From Glycera tridactyla (Eukaryota): a DNA stretch of 64,000 nucleotides. Where the stretch lies: assembly GCA_965644265.1 (NCBI GenBank), contig OZ286468.1, positions 28,582,001 to 28,646,000 of the forward strand, given 5' to 3'. The position numbers were made by a program, and so were the translations under genes. Shown piece by piece: positions 1-11,093 of the stretch. How positions within the stretch are numbered: the stretch's first letter is position 1; each line of letters starts with the position of its first letter. The notes beneath the pieces were generated by a model, which had not been told where the DNA came from, made no database searches, and saw nothing but the letters and a program-made list of their open reading frames with translations.

Positions 1-652
1 TCTAAACCTGAACCTGTAAAGACCACTCATGGTCATATCAAAAGTGTTGTTTTTTACAGGGAAACTTTGTAGAAAGGTGTTCACTGTGGAAAACTCTCAA
101 TATGGTCACTACTCACAGGTGGCCTTTGTAGGCAGGTGGCTTTTATATAGGGTTGATCTCATCCATTTACATTTTTCACAAATTTTAAGAATTCTGAAAT
201 TTTGCTGGATGTTTCAGAATAGAATGAGAATATGTGGGGGTCATTTCAGTTAATTCATCCAAATTTCACGGAGTCATCTTGACATCACCCTGAAGAGAAA
301 TGCAGCTGAATATAAGGAAGGACACCATAAGCAGAGTACATGTTGTTTAGAGCATCAATGGAGAGAATGCAGGTGATGTAACATGCCTGCCCTTATTGCT
401 GGTCTCTTCATAAAATCATTTTGTGTGTGGATTATATAGAGCCCCAACCTGTACAGTACACACAATGATATATCATGCGAGAGATCGCCTGTGGAGTGAT
501 ATCTCGATGGACTGTATTCACTGGTATGGACCTCTCTCATTTTTTCTCTCTAGTTGTTACTTATTTTTAGAAGGGGCTATTTATCCTCATGGATCCACTG
601 GTTGTCTTTGGGGAGCTGTGGCCCGGATCGTTCTCACACAAGTTGTTACTTA

Positions 653-840
653 CAGAGATGCCAACCATTACGATTTTGGAGTAATGATTACTATTTTATA
701 AGCAAAATTTATGCATTTTACGCATAACATTACTCGAAGAAATTCAAAAATTTCTTATTTGATCATTGCAAATACTACCGTCATTACTCTGAAAATTTTG
801 CATCATTACTATTTTTGGCCACCATAAGTTGGCATCCCTG
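653..840. mobile_element. hAT-like MITE family E with 6-bp TSD
   Basis: TIR CAGRGATGCCAAC and perfect TSD TACTTA. Further copies at about 11111-11229 and 16245-16414 (TSD ACACTG/TCACTG). Confidence 0.85.
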
Positions 841-869
841 TACTTATTACAGAATATGTATTCACAGTA

Positions 870-1045
870 CAGTGAAACCTACGACAAGAGACCCCCGATG
901 AGGGACCACCTCCGACGGGAGACCGCTTTTCCAGGGCAGCTTTTCTGTTTGACATAGTCAAATATACCTTTGACAAGAGACCACCTCTTTTGAGAGACCA
1001 CTTTTTGGTGACATTAAGGGCGCTCTCTCATCGCAGGTTTCACTG
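870..1045 (+). mobile_element. MITE family B (Tc1/mariner-pogo-like; TIR CAGTGAAACCT, TA TSD)
   Basis: TA|CAGTGAAACC...GGTTTCACTG|TA with internal GAGAGACCACCTC repeats. Strand is relative to my consensus. Confidence 0.9.
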
Positions 1046-2487
1046 TACTCACAGGAAGCTGGGATAGTAGGAAGCTTTCAAGATCCATCCGAATCCCTTC
1101 CTCAACCTATGGTGAATGCGATCACTTGATGGGATCACATGACCTTATTTTTAGACGGGCTGTGTATCCACATGGATCCACATATAGCCACATGGATCCA
1201 CTGGTTGTCTCTGAGGAGCTGTGGCTAGAGTTGGACAATAATCAAAATTCCTTCAAACTTGGCTGGGTTGCCAGGTCTCCCCTCTTCAGGGGTCTGAGAT
1301 TTAAATTGCGCGGGAAAACCCGACCTGGTATTTCACTAATGACCTGCCCAACTCTGCTGCTGTTGTTCAATGTACTGCTGATGTCATTGTGCTGGATGGG
1401 TGTGGTGTCATCTTTTTTCTCGAGTATGACACACTGGTGGAGGTGGAGTCCAGTGCGTACAGGCCTGGCCCTGTCTTGGCGCTGGGTGGGAGTATGATGA
1501 GGTGGAGTGAAGGTTTGTGGCAGTAATGTATTGATTTAACACCAGGTGCCTCTTCTAACCTGAACACCTAGCATGGGTGCATGATGCCACCAGGTATCTT
1601 TGCTCAGCTGCACATGATCTGTAAAAAGAAAATGTATACATCCATCATATCAGCATCCACTATTGACGACTCAGCATAACAAGAGCGCCCAGGGGCACCG
1701 AGAGATCTCCGAAATAGAGAAATTGTCGTTCATCAGATCAATAAATCATCTTAAAATTGTGTTAGATTAGATCATTCGATCCTTTTACACAGATCTGATC
1801 AAGATTCATTCGATTATATAGGCCTCGAGAGTCAGAATCGGCGAAGTTAGAAAGCATTTCGAGCAGAGAGGTGGTAGCGTAGTGATCTCCAACGGAGATC
1901 ACAAAAATGATCCAGCAATGGTTCCTTCAACAGTAGAAAAGACAATAATGTTTGGCAATTATCAGTACAATGTTGGGCTAAAGTCATTTCCAGTTTGTTG
2001 TTTTTATTCACATCATGGATGTTGTACTTCTGGAATGAATATTTTCTGTTTGGAAAAGTGGCCATGGACACATCCCTAAAGCAATGTCGAGAATAAAACT
2101 GACTTTAAATTCACAGTAGAGTACCACTCCAAGAGACCATTTCATGTTAGGAACCAGTATTTTATGACAGTCGCAGTGGTGTCACAACAAGGTTACGCTT
2201 TGATGGTAGGTTTGTTTGACTTCAAAACAGTCACCATGAAAAAAAATTCCATCCATTCTCCCATCAGGAGAGTAGATTGGGAGAAATACTCTCCCGAAAA
2301 GAAATTCCACTCTCCCGAATATCTGTAAGTTCTGGAAGGAGAACAATCTGTAACTAGATTATTTTGAGGGCAAGATATCTGAGTGAATAATCACCTAATC
2401 AAGATTCCAGTTATTCTGTCATGTGAGTGACTACTTGAGTCTGACTAACTCTGAGGTAAGTTAGTCAAAATAACACATCCACAGGTA

Positions 2488-2648
2488 CAGTCGAACCTGC
2501 TCTAAAGACCACCTCTCTAGAAAGACCACCTGAGCTGCAATTGTGGTAGTATTTTCAACAGTAAATGACCTCTCTATAAAGACCACCTGCCCATAAAGAC
2601 CGCTTTTTTTATGCGACCGAAGGCGGTCTTTATAGACAGGTTCAACTG
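2488..2648 (+). mobile_element. MITE family A (TIR CAGTCGAACCTG, TA TSD)
   Basis: TA|CAGTCGAACCTG...CAGGTTCAACTG|TA with internal AAAGACCACC repeats. Confidence 0.92.
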
Positions 2649-2802
2649 TACATGCAAAGCAATTTTGAGACTTTGAGACAATTAAGCATCACACTAGGAA
2701 AATTGACCTGCCCTCCCTATATCATTTTCTACCTGCCCACAGGGACAAGCTACCTGCCCGATGTGGGTGGGGGGTAATTTCTTTCTCGCCCTAGCATATA
2801 TA

Positions 2803-2978
2803 CAGTCGAACCTCCTCTAAAGACCATCTCTCAATAAAGACCACCTCTCTATAAAGGCCACCCTGAGCTGCAACCGTGGTAATATTTACAACAGTGAATG
2901 ACCTCTATAAAGACCACCTCCCTATAAAGGCCACTCTCTGATGTGACCAAAGGCGGTCTTTACAGAGAGGTTTGACTG
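2803..2978 (+). mobile_element. MITE family A
   Basis: TIRs and TA flanks; shares its right TA with family C. Confidence 0.9.
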
Positions 2979-2980
2979 TA

Positions 2981-3158
2981 CAGTCAAACTCGTCCTAAGC
3001 AAGACTTGTACTAGGTAATATCTTGCCCTAAGCAACAGGATTTTGTTCATCCTGCCAGAATATATTTCACTATGATTGACCTGTTCTAACCATTAACTTG
3101 CCCTAAGCACACACTTTTTTCACTTCCAGTGGCTTAATGCTTAGGACAAGTTTGACAG
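2981..3158. mobile_element. MITE family C (TIR CAGTCAAACTYGTCCTAAGC, TA TSD)
   Basis: About 20-bp imperfect TIRs and internal GCCCTAAGCA repeats. Confidence 0.85.
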
Positions 3159-3341
3159 TAGTTCCCATTGAATTGAAAATGACCAGTCAGCCAACCATCC
3201 AACCATTCAACTGACCAACCATCTTACCAGTGTGCAGGTTGAGAATAATACCAGATTGGGAGTAATACCAACCAACCAACCAATCAACCAACTGACCACC
3301 AGCCAATCTGCAGGTCCAGAATATTCTGGGGATTGGAAGTA

Positions 3342-3507
3342 CAGTCGAACCTGTTCTAAAGACCACCTCTCTATAGAGACCACCTCTCTATAAAGACCAC
3401 CTGAGCTGCGACCGTGGTAGTATTTTTCAACAGTAATAAAGATCACCTGCCTATAAAGACCGCTTTTTGATGCGACCGAAGGCGGTCTTTACAGAGATGT
3501 TTGACTG
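3342..3507 (+). mobile_element. MITE family A
   Basis: TIRs and TA flanks. Confidence 0.92.
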
Positions 3508-3610
3508 TAGTTCCCATTGGATCGAAAATAACCAGTCAGCCAACCATCCAACCAACTAACCAACCAACCATTCAACTGACCAACCATCTAACCAGTGTGC
3601 ACGTTGTATA

Positions 3611-3760
3611 GCAAGACTGTATGGCCGTGAAGTAAAAACGCAATACCAAACAAGGTGTGAATTTCACCGGAGAAATTCACACCGAGTTTGGTATCACGTT
3701 TTTACCTCACGGTCAAATAGTCTTGCTTTTATCACATGGATTAGGCGAGAAATTATCAAA
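3611..3760. repeat. Dispersed repeat with a 116-nt imperfect palindrome
   Basis: Arms 3611-3665 and 3672-3726; a related copy lies at 20120-20275. Confidence 0.8.
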
Positions 3761-5079
3761 AATTATTTCCCACCCAGCTGTGAAGTATCACACGCAATAC
3801 TCAACACCTGATACTTCACCGAAAATGGCACATTAGTCCAGTCAATCTAGCGAATGACCCACCACAAATTGCAATTCTTTCGAAACTTTTTCTATTATCT
3901 TCTACCACATAGATAAACAACCACATAAAAGTCACGGAGAATCCAAGCATTGGAACACTGTGAAATTTGGCATTTTGTAATTTTGCCATTGGCCACCATG
4001 TGAATAATACAAAAAAAGTGCATTTTATGCATTAACTCTCTCAATAATCATCCAATCTTCAACATCAAGATACCAAAATGTTTGTCTTATTAGCCCCCAT
4101 GATTCTCTGACACTCATTGATTAGTTTTCCCCATATATTATAGTCATATTCTCTGAAAATCAATCTCAGCAGCTATGAAAACAATTGACAATATAGTACC
4201 AGACGTTGGATTGTGTTCTCAATTTTCAAGGAAAACCAGGATTGTAACATGACATCATCTTTATATATAAATATCATCAGGTATCAATGGCATGATATAT
4301 ATCTCCATGTGTACTGTTGATATAAGATGCTCCAATATGGAAATGGGCTGATACATGATAGGTAAGCCGATTTATAATCTCTGCCGGAAAGTGACCATGT
4401 GAAAGCATCATTTAAGGTATTATCCTCATTTGGCAAGAATAATTAATCTGAAAGGCTTGACATATCCCTAGAATATACTTTTGCTAGTACCATAGTTTGT
4501 AGTATTTGCAGAATAAACTTCACTTAAGTAGAATGATGAATGTGCTCTACTTTTGGAATACTCCCATATGAGCTCTTCTTGATGAAATCTACATACGATT
4601 ATTCCTCTTATTATACCAAAAATACCCTGTTTGTGAATAGTGTTTACAGATCCAGCTATTGACAGCTAGCTGAATATTTATGCATGTACACCAACAAATC
4701 AACCCATAATAATCTTATGAAAGTTTTTTGGAAAAACTTGTTGAGGCATCAAAGCATTCAATAATAGGCAAGCTCTTGATGCCAAAACTCTCTTCTCTGC
4801 TCATTTCAATCATTACAATTTTAACCTGATGCATCATAAATTTACCATTGACATAGTATCAGTACAGATATTGAAATGAAATATCCATATTTTGATTAGA
4901 TATTAGAACTATCAATATACATATACCTCTTCAGAACATAATACAGAAATTGCTCACAGAATAGAATGTTTTGAACTTCTGTGAAAATATCCAATCCCGA
5001 GAGGCAAGATGATCTGTATAATTCATTTGGATTTCAAATGAGAAATGACCTGAAATATCTAGCACTGCCATCACTTCTA

Positions 5080-6950
5080 CCACCAACATGAAAGTGTGCA
5101 TGTGACATGGATGAGAGTCATCATTATCAGATGGCTGTGGACTGCAGTCATTGTCCAGTGGAAGACTAAATGCCTGAGCTGCATTATTCATAGTATTAGG
5201 AGCAGAATCACTTTATAGATCCAATGGACAGGCCTATCCTATGGTTTTCCAGTGATCATATGGGTAAATGTACTTACTGCATGAACTTTCTCAAGTGATT
5301 GCTGTAGCCCAGGTCATCCCATCACATGTCAGGTACATCCTGAGAAGCTCACGAGGGTGTGAATTCCTTCAAGACTCAATACATCATCATGCAAATTACT
5401 TTCTATTAGCTGGCTCTCTATTATTGCCAAAGCATTCTCCCAAAGTGGCTGATCAAAATTGTATGCATGATCAGAAATATACACTAGTGTAGAGTACACA
5501 CATGGAAGATTATGCGCATCTCAGTAATTCACTGACAGTAACACTATGGAGGACGACCTTTGGCAAGGGCCTTGATTAGGCAACTGCATCATACCTATCC
5601 AAGTAGGGAATAGATTCCTTGAATGTGATGACATTTTCCACTGAAGATCTACATTGTTACTAGCATCATTCTGTGTTTCTAGCCTCTCATATTTCAATGA
5701 TTCTAGAGCCAAGCATGCAAATGTTTGATACAATCTGACCAATGGACATGATATCTTATGCTGTGACATCAACTATTTGGATCTGTTGGACAGCATGCTT
5801 TACTGGAGTAATTGTGGCAATAATTCCCATGCCATGAAAAGTATTTGAACCATCCATTGTCTATAATATGGTCTACATCGTCAGCCATATATCACATGAT
5901 ATCATCAGGATCATAGTGCAGAATATCTGTTATTAGGCTGACTACTGCATGCTTTCAAATCACCGCACTTCATCATGTGGGCTGCAAAGCCATGTACACT
6001 GAGTGAGTCAATCAGGAAAAGATTTGAAGCGAAGTGAAGTTGCATCTGCACTTCCTAACCAAGGTGAAGTGGGGCAATGAGAGCTAGAGTTCTGACGGCT
6101 TGCGTTATACCTTGACCTGGTGAATCTGACCTTCCATCAGTGTATCTCCATAGAAAGAGCATACTGAGCAGAATATATAGTGATTTCAACATGGAAGAAA
6201 GTACATAATCTGTACTTAACAAGTCCTTCGAATTTGACTTGACATCTCAAGACTTAGTCATGACTTCAACTTCATTTTTTATCAACTGTGCAGGAGCCTG
6301 TTTCTCAGACTGATGGTCATTGTCTTTTGGGTGGAAATCATTGAAAATCATTTTATTTTGGTCACTGTATGCTGGTATTCATGTGTGTGAATGGATAGGG
6401 TTACATATCAGGTGGCAAGTACTTGGTCACCTTGAACATGAGCTCATTTATAGTTCTTTGCTCCTCATCATGGATGATCAGCAACATTCAGGAATGCTTC
6501 TGCTTGGATGGAATCTTGAAGTCTCCCTTTGAGACATTATACAGATGGATCTCTTGAGGCTAACCTCATGGGAATCTCTTTTTTGTTTGAAAGTCAAACA
6601 TGCTATGATGATTGGCATCTACTGCTTGAAGGTCAGGCACAACCTCCATGCGTGATTGTACAATCTCAGATAGGTGGCGTATGTACATATACATCAATTT
6701 GACTAGTTTGCACTGGTATTAGCTTCCAGTCTTTTACTCTTTGATTTGCATGTGACAGGACTGTCATCATTGTAAGAAGAATTGGGTTGATTTTCAGTAG
6801 TATTGAGACACATCAGAATCTTCTTCTGTGCTCACATGGGTGATGATAACCATGTGGACACAGATGAATCATCACTGCACCATACATGACTGGCTAACGA
6901 TAGCCCAATGTCTGTCATTTGGGCCAGCATGCTAGACTAATCATTCACAA
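5080..6950 (-). pseudogene. Decayed DNA transposase, Academ(X)-like
   Basis: Minus-strand frameshifted peptides appear in the expected order: DLQAVDANHH (~6600), HDEEQRTINEL..PYPFTHM (~6400), ITQAVR..LIAPLHLG..HFAS..LIDSLSVHGF (~6050), ADDVDH..DGSNTFHGMGIIATITP (5810-5885), FDQPLWENALAIIES (~5410-5457), EGIHTLVSFSG..HMITGK (~5245-5370), DSAPNT..AQAFSLPL (~5160). Many stop codons. Family assignment is from recalled motifs. Confidence 0.7.
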
Positions 6951-7511
6951 AGAAGCACCAAATAATTTTGCATTGCTTACACATCAACATGATGAATCCA
7001 GGAGAAATCAATTGTTTATTGTTCCATATCAGTCACTCACTCTGGAACAGTCATAGCCTTCATATATGTGAGGGTCTCTTCATAATGAAGGGAATGAAAA
7101 TGGATTTATGGACAGATCATAAGGCTTTGAAACAGAGAGAGGCCAATCTTCCAAGATGATTCATAACTTTGAAGCTATTGGGGCATCTGATGTACAATCA
7201 TCGAGTTATTAGACGATTATTCATTTAGATGCATATATTTTCATCTTTGTAGAATACAATCCAAGCCCTTGATCAAGAAAGACAAAAGAAGCAAGCATAT
7301 TTTTGATTGACATACCCATGACTTCATGTGATCAAACCAAGAAATTCTCCATGTTTTTTTATAATTATATCATTATTCATCCCAAGTTTATCAATGGCAT
7401 TGAGATGAAATGACAAATTGGGAAAAGAAACCAGAGGGTCAATGACACCAGAGCTCACCTGGCCCTGTATCAGTACATGGATGCTAACACTGATCACAAA
7501 TTTTGAAAAGT

Positions 7512-7975
7512 GACCCAATTAGCCTAATTACCAAGTTGTGAACAAGAATTTCACACAAAACATGACCAGGTCTGATGCCAGAGGCTGTTCTCTCACTATT
7601 GAAACAACCAGACTCCAAATCCATTGAGAATTGAAGGAGGAGATACAATTTTAATGACTCATTGATAATGACCCAATTAGCCTAATTACCAGGTGATATG
7701 ATTTAAGTGATTCTTGCATAACCACCCAATTAGCCTAATTACCAAGTCATTAATGAGAATTTCACACACAAAATGACCAATTGTATGTGTATTTTTTGGC
7801 TCTGTCCAATAAAACAATCAGAATCAAAATCCATCAAGAAATGAGGGAGGAGATGCAATGTCACTGAATTGTGAACGCCAATAGACGATGGACTACAGAT
7901 GGCAGAAAACAGACGATGGATGCCATATGATGGCATCAGCCTTCGGCCAGATGAGCTGATGACTGAAATGAAGTA
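7512..7975. repeat. DINE-like element with two diverged internal repeats and a terminal GCCTTCGGC hairpin
   Basis: CCCAATTAGCCTAATTACCA occurs three times; duplicated body of about 150 bp. Confidence 0.55.
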
Positions 7976-8559
7976 TCAGATGCTTTTACTTCTTGTTCAA
8001 TATCCCAGAGAATGAATTTATGACATATGGAATGAATATCTTCAATATGTAATGGCTGGCATATTTATACCACAAATGCAACTCCATTTGCTGGCGATTT
8101 TGCAGTGAAAATTCTATGTCTAGCAGTATTCTTGACCATTTATGGTATTTAGATATTGTCACATCATGGTACATCAAGGTAAAAATGTTTAGGCATTGAT
8201 TATGGCTATTCAGGCTGAATTTAGATGTATATCTGACAGCCAGGTATTTATACTGGCTGCATTTGGTGAGAAAGTGTACTTTGACATTGGTCCAAACACA
8301 GGCAGAATTGAAGTTGATCCAATGCTTGGATTCATCGTGACTTTTAGCATAGAATAATAGACAATATTTGTGATCAAATGAGACCAAGCACGAAAGAATT
8401 GCAATTTGTGGTGGGTTGAGCCTATTTTTGAGCTAGATTGACTGGACTACATCCATGTGATAAGGAGTAATACCAGATTGGGGGTAATACCAACCAACCA
8501 ATCAACCAACTGACCACCAACCAATCTGCAGGTCCAGAATATTCTGGGGATTGGGGGTA

Positions 8560-8736
8560 CAGTGAAACCTGCGACGAGAGACCCCCCGACGAGAGACCAC
8601 CTCCGACGGGAGACCGCTTTTCCAGGGCACCTTTTCTATTTGACATAGTCAAATATACCTCCGACGAGAGACCACCTCTCATGAGAGACCGCTTTTTGGT
8701 GACATTTAGGGCGGTCTCTCATCGCAGGTTTCACTG
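8560..8736 (+). mobile_element. MITE family B, near-consensus copy
   Basis: Intact TIRs, TA on both sides, CpGs retained. Confidence 0.92.
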
Positions 8737-9471
8737 TAGTACCTGTTGCATACACTTTCATCCTCGTAATCAGATGTATCCTTTGCGTCAACAATACCCA
8801 TCAACAATACCCCTGTTATGATCAAGGCATTGGCTCCTGGCCCTGTCTCCATCATTAGTTCTTTGATGCTCGTCTCTATTCGCCTCTGATCTTCCCACAT
8901 GTATGAGGCAATCTCATCGGGTTGCGCCCAGCATGCTGACACAAGAGCTCTCCCCATCATTGTACCCGACCCATTTATCTGCAGTTTCGGCCCTGTTTGA
9001 AATTGGACAAGTTCTTCCGATCATACAACAACGAACTATCGACAAAAAAACCATTTATGTCTACAATCTCAACCTGACATATTTTGTAATGTGGATCAAT
9101 GTTTCCCGCAGGTCACAGCAGCATCATCAGACTGAACTTCTTGGAAAGTCTACCTGTATGCAAGGACCACTTTTGTCGAAGCCTACCCTTAGTGATTACT
9201 GCAATGGTGTTTCATACAGTAGACAATCTCTCTACAGAGGCCACCTGTCTACAAAGACAATTATGTCAAAACTGAGACTCTGCTTGACTTATGTGATATT
9301 CTAATCAATATTACATGGTTGAGAAGGTTCTCAAAGGATTTCTTTTTGAAATAGGTTCCTAAAACATTTCCTCATATTAGCAACATGTGATTTTGTACCT
9401 GTGTCTGAATGAAAGTTCTCCAATAATGAAGTTATGTTCTCTGTCTCTGGGAAATTGTACAATTGACTGAT

Positions 9472-9507
9472 GTCTTTGTTTTGTTTTTCTGTTTTCTCCA
9501 GGTGAGT
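9472..9507 (+). other. Candidate recursive splice site (3'SS fused to 5'SS)
   Basis: gtctttgttttgtttttctgttttctccAG|GTGAGT, AG at 9500-9501. Confidence 0.5.
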
Positions 9508-9582
9508 GTGAAACAAGTCATGACTGACTGGCCAACAGAAACAGATAAGTCTGCTCGCTGATAGAATACTTTCTACTTACTA

Positions 9583-10610
9583 CAGGGATGTGATTGTTTT
9601 GCGGATCCGGGTTTTTGATCACAGGTGCAGCAATCCATGCACATGGCAGAAAAGCAGGGATATTCTTGCTCAAGAATATGTATGGGTCTTTCAGGCACAT
9701 TGATGCAGATTTCATGTGCCCTTTCGGATTTGTGTGTGCCTCAAACAATGTAATCATATCAAAATATGGAAAATTTCATGTGCCCACTGGGCACAAGATA
9801 TATGGTTTAATGTGCCCTTTCACAAGTTTATGTGCCATTTGCCACAGGGCACAGCGTAAAATTATCCCTGGAAAAGAGCATTTTGTGCTAATTATGTTGA
9901 ATTTTAGATCATGAAAATCGCACCAGTATCAGTGGAGATAGAGCACATAGTTTATGTGCCGTCATAGTAGCAGTGTTCGAATTCACGCCGTCATCATATC
10001 AAATTACGCAGCGATTTGAGATGGGACGCCAAAACGCGACAAACTTGCCGTCCCCATGACGCATCTTTATAAGGTTTGATAATTGCGAAAATTAACAAGA
10101 AAGCGAGGAGAAAGGTCAACGAAGTTGAAACGATGAATCTCGGCCGCCATTTTGTTTATTGACATCTCGTTTGAGCTCTCGCGCCAAAACCGGAAGTGAC
10201 GAGATCTGACGTTTTTCTTAATTTTTCGAGCAGAAATCGAAAGTTTATCGCCAATTTGTAGTTGTTTCGCTTAATTCATGGCCACGCAGGCTATATATTA
10301 ATAGTTCTTCGATAAATTCCCTACGAAATGATGTTTTTATGTCGAAATTGACGAACTCTCGTCTGGCCGCAAGACTTCACGTCGTATGCGAGAAAACGCG
10401 AGAATTCGGCCGGGACTCCAAATAATGGGCGGGGACTCCAAAATTGGAGTCCTCTGTAGTCCCAGGGACTCCGAATTTTTCAGCCCGAGCGCGAACACTG
10501 AGTAGCCACCCATTAACAGTTGTGGGGGTTTCTGAGTCCACAAAATCTGGGTGAGAAGTGCCTCTGGTCAGGTATCCAGGGGTTTTGGTTGTGAGCCAAT
10601 CACATTCCTG
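9583..10610. mobile_element. hAT-like family D element (TIR CAGGGATGTGATTG) carrying a nested insertion
   Basis: TIRs at both ends, TSD TTACTA/TTACTG; homologous to 39960-40223, 49951-50211 and 62067-62303. Confidence 0.85.
9971..10500. mobile_element. 530-bp CpG-rich TIR element with 5-bp TSD
   Basis: TIR CAGTGTTCG and TSD AGTAG at 9966-9970 and 10501-10505; the empty site is visible at 40121-40125. Confidence 0.9.
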
Positions 10611-10700
10611 TTACTGAAAGATTATCATTGTTACTCATATTTTAGGTACTCGATAACTCAAACCATGTCAGCATAGATATCAGTTTCTCAACTTATGCCA

Positions 10701-10838
10701 CAGTCCAACCTGTCTATAAAGACCACCTTTGGTCACATTAAAATGTGGTCTTCAGAGGGAGGTGGTTTTTATAGAAAGGTCAGTTCCTGTTGAAGATGAA
10801 TAGTTATAGAGAAGTGGTCTTTAGAGCAGGTTTGACTG
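10701..10838 (-). mobile_element. MITE family A, degenerate
   Basis: Reverse orientation, internally deleted. Confidence 0.75.
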
Positions 10839-10916
10839 TATGTGTACCTATTGGATAGGTCATTTTTAGGTGCATGTGGCTGCTATAGATTGGCTGCTAT
10901 AGATCGAAGTACAGTA

Positions 10917-11093
10917 CAGTAAAACCTTCTCTGAAGACTACCTCTCTATAAAGACCACTTCTCTATGAGGGCCACTCTGAGCTGCAACTGCGGTAGTATT
11001 TTCAACAGTAAATGACCTCTCTATAAGACCTCCTCCCTATAAAGGCCACTTTTTTATACGACCAAAGGTGGTCTTCATAGAGAGGTTTGTTTG
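10917..11093 (+). mobile_element. MITE family A
   Basis: Colinear with the consensus. Confidence 0.85.

Noticed and set aside
8706-8960. Minus-strand 84-aa ORF as an exon
   Set aside because: It ends inside a MITE, has no clear splice sites, and the plus strand looks more like a decayed LINE 3' end.
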